A stretch of DNA of 64,000 nt from a virus (lineage: Duplodnaviria; Heunggongvirae; Uroviricota; Caudoviricetes), in IMG/VR virus record IMGVR_UViG_3300017560_000307, one strand, 5' to 3'. The position numbers and the translations under genes were made by a program. The notes under the pieces were generated by a model, which was not told the origin of the DNA, did not search any database, and saw only the letters and a list, made by a program, of their open reading frames with translations. This document shows, one piece after another, positions 54,314 through 62,432 of this stretch; within the stretch, counting starts at the first letter, position 1, and each line of letters starts with the position of its first letter.

Positions 54314-54861
54314 TGGCTCGAATATATCCCCCATCTCCGATAAGCAATTGCCACAAAGCCCTAGATGAGTTCGCTAAGGACATTAATGTCACCACCAAAA
54401 CTAAAACCCCCGAATTCGAGGGAATTAAAACCCAGCGTGTGGATGAAATACTAGATGATTTTGGCTGGGACGTAACTACAGGCATAAGACCAAGAAACAC
54501 GACTCCCCATATTCACTACACCCAGAAGGATAAAGCCAAGGCCCAGATGATTGAGTTGGTGAAGAGTGTGAAGCCAGACCCGGTTGTCAACCATATTTCA
54601 GACGGCCCAAGAATGATTGATATGGCAGCTGGGAGGAACAGTGGCATATCGGAATACGAACAAGCCCTTATCAAAGCTATAGAAGGAGGTCAGGAAACCA
54701 AAGCTGCCTCCTCTTCACCCACCAAATGCGGCAGCCACACCGTTGTAAATGGAGTTTGTTCGATATGTGGCTGCACACCCAACCTTGATAAAAGATTCTT
54801 CTCAAAGGAAGAGTGGCTTGAGATGGAAAGGCATGGAATGATCGAGGATCCAAATGTCTAA
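54271..54861 (+). CDS. hypothetical protein with C-terminal zinc ribbon (likely start ATG 54313)
   Basis: CGSHTVVNGVCSICGC. Confidence 0.45.
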   Translation: MPVAQVEPREGGEIMARIYPPSPISNCHKALDEFAKDINVTTKTKTPEFEGIKTQRVDEILDDFGWDVTTGIRPRNTTPHIHYTQKDKAKAQMIELVKSVKPDPVVNHISDGPRMIDMAAGRNSGISEYEQALIKAIEGGQETKAASSSPTKCGSHTVVNGVCSICGCTPNLDKRFFSKEEWLEMERHGMIEDPNV

Positions 54862-55068
54862 GCCTGACCTCGCCCTCTTCACCTGCCTTGTCGCCACAGT
54901 GCTTCTGGCCGGGGCTTGGTTCATCATTCAGATTGTGCTTGGGCTACTTCGATAAACTCGCCGCTGATACAGCCGATGAATAACTGCCTGTCTAACTTCC
55001 TCTCCTTGTTGGTCTGAAGGTGTTTCGCAATCGTGCGGGACAGCCAAGGCTAGTAAGGGAGAAAAGAC

Positions 55069-55905
55069 GTGAACAGGCGCGAGCGTGGCGATCAGCTACA
55101 GGAGCAGCTTTCCGAGGCTATCACTGAGCTGGAACAACAGCTCAATGAAGGCCATACCGAGGGGTTTTTACGCCTCTTAGAATTTTATAGTCGGTTCCGC
55201 AAGTACTCCCCAGGTAACGTCATGTTGATCCTGATGCAGCGACCTGATGCATCATTGTGTGCTGGTTTCAGGCAGTGGGAGAAGCTCGGCTACCAGGTGC
55301 GAAAAGGTGAGTCTGCTGTATGGGTTCGGGGTCCGTACTTCAAGGATGTCACGGATCCAGAGACTGGAGAGGTTGAGAACCGTCTGATTGGCTGGCTTGC
55401 CTTGCCAATCTTTGATGTGTCTCAGCTCGAAGGCGATGTAGAGATTCCGTCGTTTACCCATCCACTGGAGGGTGACTACGATGGTCTGTACACCATGGCC
55501 CGGGTAGGAATCGGTGTCCAGGGAGTCCTGGTCATTGAGGATGACCTGCCCTCAACTATTCATGGTATGGCTTCAGGCGACAAAATCACTATCAACAGGA
55601 ATCTGTCTGACAGTGAGAAGTTCCTTTGCCTCCTCCATGAAGCGGCCCATATCGTACTCAAGCATTCAGAGCGGCATGAGGAGACCTCCAAGCAACAGAG
55701 AGAGTTGTGCGCGGAAGCCACAAGTTACCTGCTTGCCAAACTCTTCGGCCTCGATAACCCCTTCAGCAGGGATTACATCATTGCCTACAACGGAACCGTC
55801 GAAGCTCTGCATGAGAGCCTGAGTGAGATTCACCTGGCTGTGCGGAAGATATCCGGCTGGCTGGAGATTGAAGCTCCATCACAGGAGCAATCAATCGCCG
55901 CCTAG
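55069..55905 (+). CDS. ArdC-like antirestriction protein (N-terminal ssDNA-binding domain + C-terminal HExxH metalloprotease)
   Basis: YSPGNVMLI is an ArdC-N-like motif. LHEAAHIVLKH is a zinc-protease motif. Confidence 0.55.
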   Translation: MNRRERGDQLQEQLSEAITELEQQLNEGHTEGFLRLLEFYSRFRKYSPGNVMLILMQRPDASLCAGFRQWEKLGYQVRKGESAVWVRGPYFKDVTDPETGEVENRLIGWLALPIFDVSQLEGDVEIPSFTHPLEGDYDGLYTMARVGIGVQGVLVIEDDLPSTIHGMASGDKITINRNLSDSEKFLCLLHEAAHIVLKHSERHEETSKQQRELCAEATSYLLAKLFGLDNPFSRDYIIAYNGTVEALHESLSEIHLAVRKISGWLEIEAPSQEQSIAA

Positions 55906-56242
55906 TCATCGGGAGCGGGTCAACCACTCGCTCCCTTCTTTTACCAAGTTCATCAGATTGGCTGGTGAGCTTAGTGAAAGGAAGCAGGAGATGACTGCAG
56001 AGGAGCGACAGAATCTCGTCGACCGTTTGAAAGCCGGAGAGCGAGTGTTCTTTGGCTACAACCAGGAACTTACCCCGGAACTGGCGGCACGTTTGCTCGA
56101 CCAGATTGGTAAGTCCTCTGGAGAGACACTATCCAGGGCCCAGGTGATTAGTCATTCTGGTGCTGGTGTGTTGGTCTGGATTGAGGCGTATTCCGGTAAT
56201 CCGATTGATCAGGGCTTTCTGCGCCGATCGAAGCGGAGGTGA
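55823..56242 (+). CDS. hypothetical protein (likely start ATG about 55991, 83 aa)
   Basis: SD GGAAGCAGGAG. The upstream portion overlaps the ArdC-like gene. Confidence 0.35.
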   Translation: MRFTWLCGRYPAGWRLKLHHRSNQSPPSHRERVNHSLPSFTKFIRLAGELSERKQEMTAEERQNLVDRLKAGERVFFGYNQELTPELAARLLDQIGKSSGETLSRAQVISHSGAGVLVWIEAYSGNPIDQGFLRRSKRR

Positions 56243-56245
56243 GTT

Positions 56246-56644
56246 ATGGGACATTATCTATTGCTCATTACAACGACTTCGGAGAGTACAACGTCGGCCG
56301 CGGTGCGTGAAGAGGTGACGGTTCGCCTGGAAAATGACCCTTCCTTTATAGGTGGGGGAGTGGACGGATGTCTGTTCTCGATCGTGTCGCCCCTTGCAGA
56401 CTACTTTTCCGTCGGGGGTTGGTTCTCTGGCTACCTGATAGGAAGGGATGATGAGACTGGCTACGTGGAAGGTGGCTCAGATGATGACGCTATGCTCATC
56501 ACGCCACAGCTCTATCACGACCACCTCAAGCAATGGGAGGGCAGAACGTTGGCTGACACCGATTGTGTTGACTTCCAGGGAGATGTAGTGAGTCCTGATT
56601 TCATCGGTCGCAAGTACCTGGTGGTAATCGATTTTCACCAGTAG
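56246..56644 (+). CDS. hypothetical protein
   Basis: 132 aa. Confidence 0.4.
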   Translation: MGHYLLLITTTSESTTSAAVREEVTVRLENDPSFIGGGVDGCLFSIVSPLADYFSVGGWFSGYLIGRDDETGYVEGGSDDDAMLITPQLYHDHLKQWEGRTLADTDCVDFQGDVVSPDFIGRKYLVVIDFHQ

Positions 56645-56693
56645 AGAGACATGTACCCCGGCTTGGTTCATCCAGGTCGGGGGTTTCTATGTA

Positions 56694-56722
56694 TTGACAT
56701 ATTATATTCGGGGGCGTATAAG
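56694..56722 (+). promoter_or_regulatory. sigma70-type promoter, family copy (TTGACA-N17-TATAAG)
   Basis: GTATTGACATATTATATTCGGGGGCGTATAAGTAAGGTAT. Confidence 0.55.
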
Positions 56723-56798
56723 TAAGGTATGGAACAAACAATACGACTAGATTGCAGGAAGTGTCACCGGTGGTGGGAATGGCCCATCAATCGATTCT

Positions 56799-57032
56799 GT
56801 GACCAATGTAAGCATTGCGGGGAACGGAACTGGAGTTGTCCGGAGGAGGGGAATGAAAATCACGATTGGGGGCAACAACGAATCAATGAGCCACACTATT
56901 AGTGACGGAGCGACTGTCGCTAAAGTGCTTCAGGTTTTCGTCGGTCTACTCATCGCCTATGGCTTTCATCCAAGCAGAATCAATCAGTATTTTGTGGACG
57001 AAGAGTCGCCACTGGAGTGGAACACGGAGTAG
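56799..57032 (+). CDS. hypothetical small protein
   Basis: 77 aa with weak RBS. May be part of a longer non-coding transcript. Confidence 0.3.
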   Translation: MTNVSIAGNGTGVVRRRGMKITIGGNNESMSHTISDGATVAKVLQVFVGLLIAYGFHPSRINQYFVDEESPLEWNTE

Positions 57033-57049
57033 TCAGTCTCTTGCGCTGT

Positions 57050-58180
57050 GTTTGTTCGGACTCCACCAAGCCGGCAAGCACAGCGGAGGGGATTGAAGCC
57101 AGAGAGCTTCCACAGTCATCACGGCACAGTGTTAGGTCTGTTGTGTGTTTTGGTACGAGATGGTCGTACTCCGTGGGGTTGTTGCCTAAGACGTAAAAAC
57201 TCCCTGCCGTCAAAACGGCACCTCTCCGACGAGATTTTCCATGTCTGTGTCGGGCTTGCCTAGAACCCTTGATCGGGGAAGCGGACATGATGAGCCAGCA
57301 ACCTGCCTTCATGGCGGGGATGTGGCGGATTAGCTTCGGCGGCTGCCTACTGGTTCGCTGGTTGGACTCTGGAGGGGATAGTGCTCACCTTCGTCAAAGG
57401 GTGTTGGGCCGTCCGGACGCCTCTCCAGATTCGAGCCAGGTAACTCAAGAAAACCCACCTCATATGCGCGTGTGCAGAGGGTAAAACAGACTTCGGAGGT
57501 CTGGGGGAGGAACCGCGGAAGCGATCGACACACGCTCGAAACATCCTGGCCCGAATTTTGAAAGATGGAGTGAGAGTTGTCGCTAGACAACACTCCGGTG
57601 AGGCGGTTCGCTACCGCCATCGCAACCGGTGGGCGTTCTGGTGAGCACCTAGGGCAACAAGCCGAGGAGCTAAGTCCCTCGGGGCAATTCCTCTCCATCT
57701 TTCAGTGTTTGAACGTTCTCGCCAACCTCAAAAAGTGAACCGAGCGACCGGGGTGTCTCCCGATCACTCAGTCGTCCGGTGGTTTATTCCACCAGGCGAC
57801 TTGAGACACCAGGTTCGGGGTTGGCGAGAGGGCCCAGAATCCTAGCCAACTGCTTGATATAATGCATACAGCCATGCAGTACCCGGCCAGCGTTTTGAAA
57901 CACAATCGCTTCAAGCCAGACAAGAGCTTCCGAGTACTGCCGGGAGCTCTTTTTTGTTCCCAGGCCGACCGCAATCAGCAGTACCGGTGAACACAGCAAT
58001 GTCTGATGGATGCGGGATCTAAGGGTAGGTCCATAGGCAAAAACGGTTTGAACTTTCGCTCCCCTGAGCATGTGCCTGCCGCTGGATGTCCCCTGGTTGT
58101 ACCAGGTCGACAGACCAGCCTCTGCTTTGGGGCGTGAGAGCTTAATCCCTCTCTAATCGTCCCTTCACAACCTCATATTC
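57050..58180 (+). ncRNA. ORF-free, hairpin-rich region (candidate structured RNA or cis-element), internal terminator at 57924-57956
   Basis: Only short ORFs that conflict with each other. CTTCGG tetraloop hairpins, a tRNA T-arm-like GGCGG-TTCGCTA-CCGCC at about 57596-57612, and a terminator AGAGCT-n15-AGCTCT-TTTTTT. Confidence 0.2.
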
Positions 58181-58232
58181 TATGATGTCTAGATGTTTAG
58201 ATGTCAAGATGTTTAAGCTTCTAGATGTCTAA
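58181..58232. promoter_or_regulatory. dense array of AGATGT/ACATCT operator-like repeats
   Basis: ATGTCTAGATGTTTAGATGTCAAGATGTTTAAGCTTCTAGATGTCTAAACATCC, directly upstream of the gene at 58253. Confidence 0.5.
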
Positions 58233-58252
58233 ACATCCAGGAGGGTTTTGCC

Positions 58253-58495
58253 ATGCCTGCGAAAGACTCAAGTTTTACGTTCGTTGGGTTCGGTAAGGAT
58301 CGCTACGGCTTTCGCTGTTCGATTCTGGAAGACCCTCAGACTGGCCAACGCTCTATCACCTATGACATGAACACCTGGTGGGAGCGAAGTCTATTCCTCA
58401 AACACCTGGAGTCCCTCGGTCTGGCCAGTGACACCAGCGAATCCGCGGAGTCTATCACTCCGCTTCCTGAATCGAGAGCAAACCTCCCTCACTAA
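58253..58495 (+). CDS. hypothetical protein
   Basis: 80 aa. Confidence 0.4.
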   Translation: MPAKDSSFTFVGFGKDRYGFRCSILEDPQTGQRSITYDMNTWWERSLFLKHLESLGLASDTSESAESITPLPESRANLPH

Positions 58496-58634
58496 ACCGG
58501 ATGGACGACCGCCAAGGTCGATGCGCCCGGTAGGGGCGAGGAAAAGCTTTAGCTGTCGGTGGTGACCAGTCTGATGCCAATACCGCGCGGTTGGCTGACT
58601 GAACTACTGAATAGTGCCTGGCTAAAGGGTAACT

Positions 58635-58949
58635 GTGTGGCGGATCGCCCCGGTTGCCCTTTCTCCATACCAGAAAGGAGACGCTGACATGTACGAGCAG
58701 GCTATTCAGCAACTGAAGGCCCGCCGCCCGGTCATGTTGGATCTCAAGGAGGGAGTCACTCCTTCTCAGGCTTTTGAAGTCGCTGACGCGATTGAAAAGG
58801 CACTCGGCATGACGCTGGAACGTCGAATGGTGGTAACCGCCGCTCGACACGCATTGGTGTTGTGGGCAGCCGGGCTTTGTCCCGACCCCTTCGCCAACTC
58901 GCTGTTAGGAGACAGGATCCATGCAAGACGAGATCATCCAGCAGCTTAG
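58635..58949 (+). CDS. hypothetical protein (likely start ATG about 58689)
   Basis: SD AAAGGAGACG. Confidence 0.4.
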   Translation: MWRIAPVALSPYQKGDADMYEQAIQQLKARRPVMLDLKEGVTPSQAFEVADAIEKALGMTLERRMVVTAARHALVLWAAGLCPDPFANSLLGDRIHARRDHPAA

Positions 58950-59340
58950 ACAACATCTCACTGAGATGACGTTGCTGGTCGATACCCTGGAATTCGTAGG
59001 TGATGACACACCTTCAGATTCACCACCAGACGAGCCGACTCCACCACCTGCACCTGTAGTTGGTAAAGGAGAGATTTCGCTCACTGGTGTTGTAGGCCGA
59101 CCAAGATTCCAGCAACCAAGAGGCAGGAGCCTTTGGACCGCTGGTCTTCGAGTTGGTCAAGGAGCTGATGCGGTATGGCACAACATCCAAGCGTGGGGAT
59201 CACCGGCAGAGCTTGCCCGAGACCTCGTGCGTCGCGGAGAGACAATCACCGTCGTCGGCAAGGAGAAGGACAACAGCTACGTGAACGCGGACGGCGTGAT
59301 GGTCGAACAGACCGTCGTTGTCGTCAGTCACTTCGCTTAG
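58921..59340 (+). CDS. SSB-like OB-fold single-stranded DNA-binding protein
   Basis: ISLTGVVGRPRF…WHNIQAWGSPAELARDLVRRGETITVVGKEK resembles an SSB OB-fold, preceded by an acidic Pro-rich N-terminus. Confidence 0.45.
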   Translation: MQDEIIQQLRQHLTEMTLLVDTLEFVGDDTPSDSPPDEPTPPPAPVVGKGEISLTGVVGRPRFQQPRGRSLWTAGLRVGQGADAVWHNIQAWGSPAELARDLVRRGETITVVGKEKDNSYVNADGVMVEQTVVVVSHFA

Positions 59341-59678
59341 GCAATACGTGCTTCTTCTGCGGAAGGTCTGTGCGTAAGGGCAAAAACACCTCCAAGCATC
59401 ACATTATGCCCAAGAGGTATGGAAGAGAGACCATCCTGCACCTGGCGTGCAACACATGTCATCAACGATGGCATCGAGAGATCGACAATCCACAGCTGGA
59501 CTTCATCTACTACGCGGTAGTGATGATTCTGGTCAACTGGGGTCGGGGAATTTACTCCCCGGCCCTTTTTCTTTGGATGAGTGTGCGAATATCTCACCTA
59601 TTGACAACGATACATAATAGATGTATAAGTAAGATGTACATACAAAAATACATAGAATGCTTGGGCAGTGAGAGGTAA
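59175..59678 (+). CDS. HNH endonuclease-like protein (C-terminal 100 aa); start uncertain, ORF overlaps the SSB-like gene
   Basis: CFFCGRSV…HHIMPKRYGRETILHLACNTCHQRWH. Confidence 0.4.
   Translation: MAQHPSVGITGRACPRPRASRRDNHRRRQGEGQQLRERGRRDGRTDRRCRQSLRLGNTCFFCGRSVRKGKNTSKHHIMPKRYGRETILHLACNTCHQRWHREIDNPQLDFIYYAVVMILVNWGRGIYSPALFLWMSVRISHLLTTIHNRCISKMYIQKYIECLGSER
59601..59629 (+). promoter_or_regulatory. sigma70-type promoter, family copy (TTGACA-N17-TATAAG) driving the tRNA-like array and Ro60 operon
   Basis: CTATTGACAACGATACATAATAGATGTATAAGTAAGATGTAC. Confidence 0.55.
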
Positions 59679-60190
59679 GGGTTACTTCGCTGATCTTTGG
59701 TGATCAACAACACTTGAAATGTTGCCTATACTGGTTCGATTCCAGTCGATGTCCGCAAGGATGTTTCCACCCTCCTCACCTTCCTCCCAGGCATTTGAAA
59801 ACACTTCACTCAGGTAGTGAGGGGTAGGGTTACTTCGGATGTTAACCGAGAGGTCGCAGGTTCGAGTCCTGTCTGGACGAAAGTTCAGTAGCTCAGTTGG
59901 TTAGAGCGCTTTTACACTCTCCCCACCTTTCTCCTGAGTGTTTGAAATCACAGCCCAGCGGGCAGTGAGAGATTGGGTTACTTCGCTTTTAACGACGTTG
60001 TCGTTGGTTCGAATCCAACTGGGGCCACCTAGGGCCCCATAGCTCAGTGGTAGAGCACGTACATTTCCCACCTCGGTTTTCTCCCGCTGGACTGATATTC
60101 GGTGACTACCCTTCATCTTCGGATGAGGCGACTTAATACCTCTCAACTTTCTCCCAAGGAGTTGAGGGGTAGCTATCGAATACCCACTAA
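59660..60190 (+). ncRNA. array of four tRNA-like / Y-RNA-like modules (candidate YrlA-type Ro60-binding RNAs)
   Basis: Units at about 59660-59760, 59790-59880, 59881-60030 and 60031-60190. Each carries a box GTGAGRGGTWGGGTTACTTCG (three exact GGGTTACTTCG copies), a TTTGAAAHCAC element, and a T-arm-like GGTTCGA(A/T/G)TCC. Units 3 and 4 start with canonical tRNA acceptor plus D-arm (AGCTCAGTTGGTTAGAGC, AGCTCAGTGGTAGAGC) but lack an anticodon arm and a matching 3-prime acceptor. Confidence 0.45.
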
Positions 60191-60216
60191 TCACTATTAC
60201 CTTTCGTAGGAGGCAC

Positions 60217-61698
60217 ATGTCACGTTTCAATTCCACAACAGTCGGCACCCGCACCACAAATTTTGCAGGCGGTCGCGCATACAAGGAGGATGCGAAGCTT
60301 GAAATAGCCTCCATTCTTCTGAATTCATTTGTCACAGACCAATACTACCGATCAGCTGACAACACTATGAGGCGTCTCGTCGAATTGATTGAAACCCTGC
60401 CGGATAAGCGCTTCGCTGCTCAGGCTGCTCTCTTCGCCCGAACCAAGTACAATCTGCGCTCGATTAGCCACGTGGCCGCCGGTGAGGTTGCCCGACTGGT
60501 CAAGGGTGAGCAATGGACCAAGCGATTCTTCGCCGCAGTTGTCCAGCGCCCTGATGACGCCACAGAGATCCTTTCCTACTACACAACCAAATACGGCAAG
60601 CCGATTCCGAACTCTCTAAAGAAGGGATTGGCAGCTGGTTTGACCAAGTTTGACGGCTACCAGCTGGCTAAATACCGGGGTGAAGACAAAACGTTGTCGC
60701 TCATTGACCTGGTTAACATCACCCACCCGGTTCCGTCAGCCAAGAATACTGAGGCGCTCAAACAACTCATTGAGGGCACACTAAAGAACACCGACACCTG
60801 GGAAGCCAAACTGACTGAGGCTGGAAAGTCGGCCGAGTCCGATGAGGACAAGGCGGATCTGAAGGCTGAGGCCTGGGCTGAACTGATTACCAACCGCAAG
60901 CTCGGTTACATGGCTACATTGCGTAACCTAAGGAATTTGGTTGAACAGGTAAAAGACGAGAGCGTCATCAAGCAGGCGCTAGAAACCCTGGCCGACCCAA
61001 ACCAGGTTCGTCGCTCCCGTGTCCTGCCATTCCGCTTCTACACCGCGTATCAGCAGATGAGTCAGGTCTCCGGCGCCAATAAGGTCTTGAAGGCCCTGTC
61101 CACCGCACTCGACCATTCCGTCGGAAATCTGCCCGAGATGCCAGGAAAGACGTTGGTTGTGATCGATCACTCCGGCTCAATGGACAGCCGTATGAGTGGC
61201 AACTCCCAGGCAACGATGTTCCAGACTGGAGCCCTGCTGGGTGTGTCCCTGGCTAAGTCTCAGGACGCCGATCTGATTTACTTTGGTGACACTGCCCGCT
61301 ATTTCACCTTCAACCCGGCCGACAGCATCTTGAGCATCATGATGGCTCTTGAGGAGGCCAATCGCTGGGGCGGTGCTACAAGCGTTGGCCACGGCACCAA
61401 CTTTGAAGCTGCCTTCAATACGGCGACCAAAGCATACGACCGCATCGTTATCTTCTCTGATATGCAGGGTTGGATGGGCTATCGCACACCAACCACAGCC
61501 TTCAACGCGTATAAGAAGCGCACCGGGGCAAACCCAACAGTCTTCTCAGTCGACCTGGCCGGCTACGGCACACTGCAATTCCCTGAGGATCGCGTATTCT
61601 GCCTGGCAGGGTTCAGTGAAAAGACGCTGGAGTTATTACCCAAGCTCGAAGTTGACAAGAACGCGCTGGTTCATGAGATTGAGGAGGTGGAGGTATGA
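60217..61698 (+). CDS. rsr: Ro60-related protein (TROVE domain + C-terminal vWA/MIDAS), Rsr ortholog
   Basis: The N-terminus FAGGRAYKEDAKLE…KRFAAQAALFARTKYNLRSISHVAAGEV aligns with the Ro60 TROVE pattern. C-terminal MIDAS motif VVIDHSGSMDS…IVIFSDMQG. SD GTAGGAGG. Confidence 0.75.
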   Translation: MSRFNSTTVGTRTTNFAGGRAYKEDAKLEIASILLNSFVTDQYYRSADNTMRRLVELIETLPDKRFAAQAALFARTKYNLRSISHVAAGEVARLVKGEQWTKRFFAAVVQRPDDATEILSYYTTKYGKPIPNSLKKGLAAGLTKFDGYQLAKYRGEDKTLSLIDLVNITHPVPSAKNTEALKQLIEGTLKNTDTWEAKLTEAGKSAESDEDKADLKAEAWAELITNRKLGYMATLRNLRNLVEQVKDESVIKQALETLADPNQVRRSRVLPFRFYTAYQQMSQVSGANKVLKALSTALDHSVGNLPEMPGKTLVVIDHSGSMDSRMSGNSQATMFQTGALLGVSLAKSQDADLIYFGDTARYFTFNPADSILSIMMALEEANRWGGATSVGHGTNFEAAFNTATKAYDRIVIFSDMQGWMGYRTPTTAFNAYKKRTGANPTVFSVDLAGYGTLQFPEDRVFCLAGFSEKTLELLPKLEVDKNALVHEIEEVEV

Positions 61699-62369
61699 AC
61701 CCCATCCCTTTTATCCTCCTCAACTTCGCCGGTATTCTCACCCTCTGGGTGTATATCTACCGTCTGGAGAGTAAACAGAATCACCTGCTCAACCGGAAAT
61801 CCCCAGAGTTCCCAGACCTACGCAAACCCTTCATAGATCTGCAGGAGCGCATCACCTCCGAAGCTGAAGAGACTCGTAGTCAGTCATCCAGTCATGCCAA
61901 GAACAATCAGACAGCAGTGAAGATGCTAACCGGGGTGGTGAAGAAACTTCCGTTGGCCGACGAATTGGCCGGAGTCATCTCCACAGAAGCCACTTCAGTC
62001 GTTGAGGCCACCCAGTCGAATATCCAGGAAGACGGCCAGAAGACGAGGGATGCCATTGCGGCCGAACACAAGAAGACCCGGGAACGCATCGCCCAGGTAA
62101 AGACCCGAATGGCGGATGATGAGAAGGACGATCAGAAGGACAAAGCCAAGGTTCGACGCACTAAGGCGGCTCAAAAGCGTATCGCAGAAGCCCTGGATGC
62201 TGGTGCCAAGGTGAATGTCACCACCGACCCATCACTTCCCGAGGGCACTATGGTCCTTCGAGATGAAGAGACTGGTGATCAGGTAACGATCACTGGAGTC
62301 ACCGTGGAAGGCATCAAGGAAGTAGCCAAGAAGACAACACAGAAGAAGAAGCGTAAGACTTCCAAGTAG
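61695..62369 (+). CDS. membrane-anchored coiled-coil protein (Lys-rich C-terminus)
   Basis: N-terminal TM IPFILLNFAGILTLWVYIY. ATGA overlap with rsr. Confidence 0.45.
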   Translation: MNPIPFILLNFAGILTLWVYIYRLESKQNHLLNRKSPEFPDLRKPFIDLQERITSEAEETRSQSSSHAKNNQTAVKMLTGVVKKLPLADELAGVISTEATSVVEATQSNIQEDGQKTRDAIAAEHKKTRERIAQVKTRMADDEKDDQKDKAKVRRTKAAQKRIAEALDAGAKVNVTTDPSLPEGTMVLRDEETGDQVTITGVTVEGIKEVAKKTTQKKKRKTSK

Positions 62370-62432
62370 GATAAAGGTGTACGTTTACGTTTCATGTGAA
62401 ACATTAGGCAATCAGTATTTAGTAGGAGGTAT

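Noticed and set aside
57048-57698. ORFs 57048-57263, 57269-57484 and minus-strand ORFs 56980-57312, 57330-57698 as genes
   Set aside because: They conflict with each other, have no RBS, and their translations are low-complexity (Arg/Cys/Ser-rich). The region is more consistent with structured non-coding sequence.
59660-60190. CRISPR array or ordinary tRNA genes upstream of the Ro60 gene
   Set aside because: The repeats are not identical and not regularly spaced, and there are no cas genes. The units start like tRNAs but lack anticodon arms and self-complementary acceptor ends, so they were treated as tRNA-like ncRNAs.
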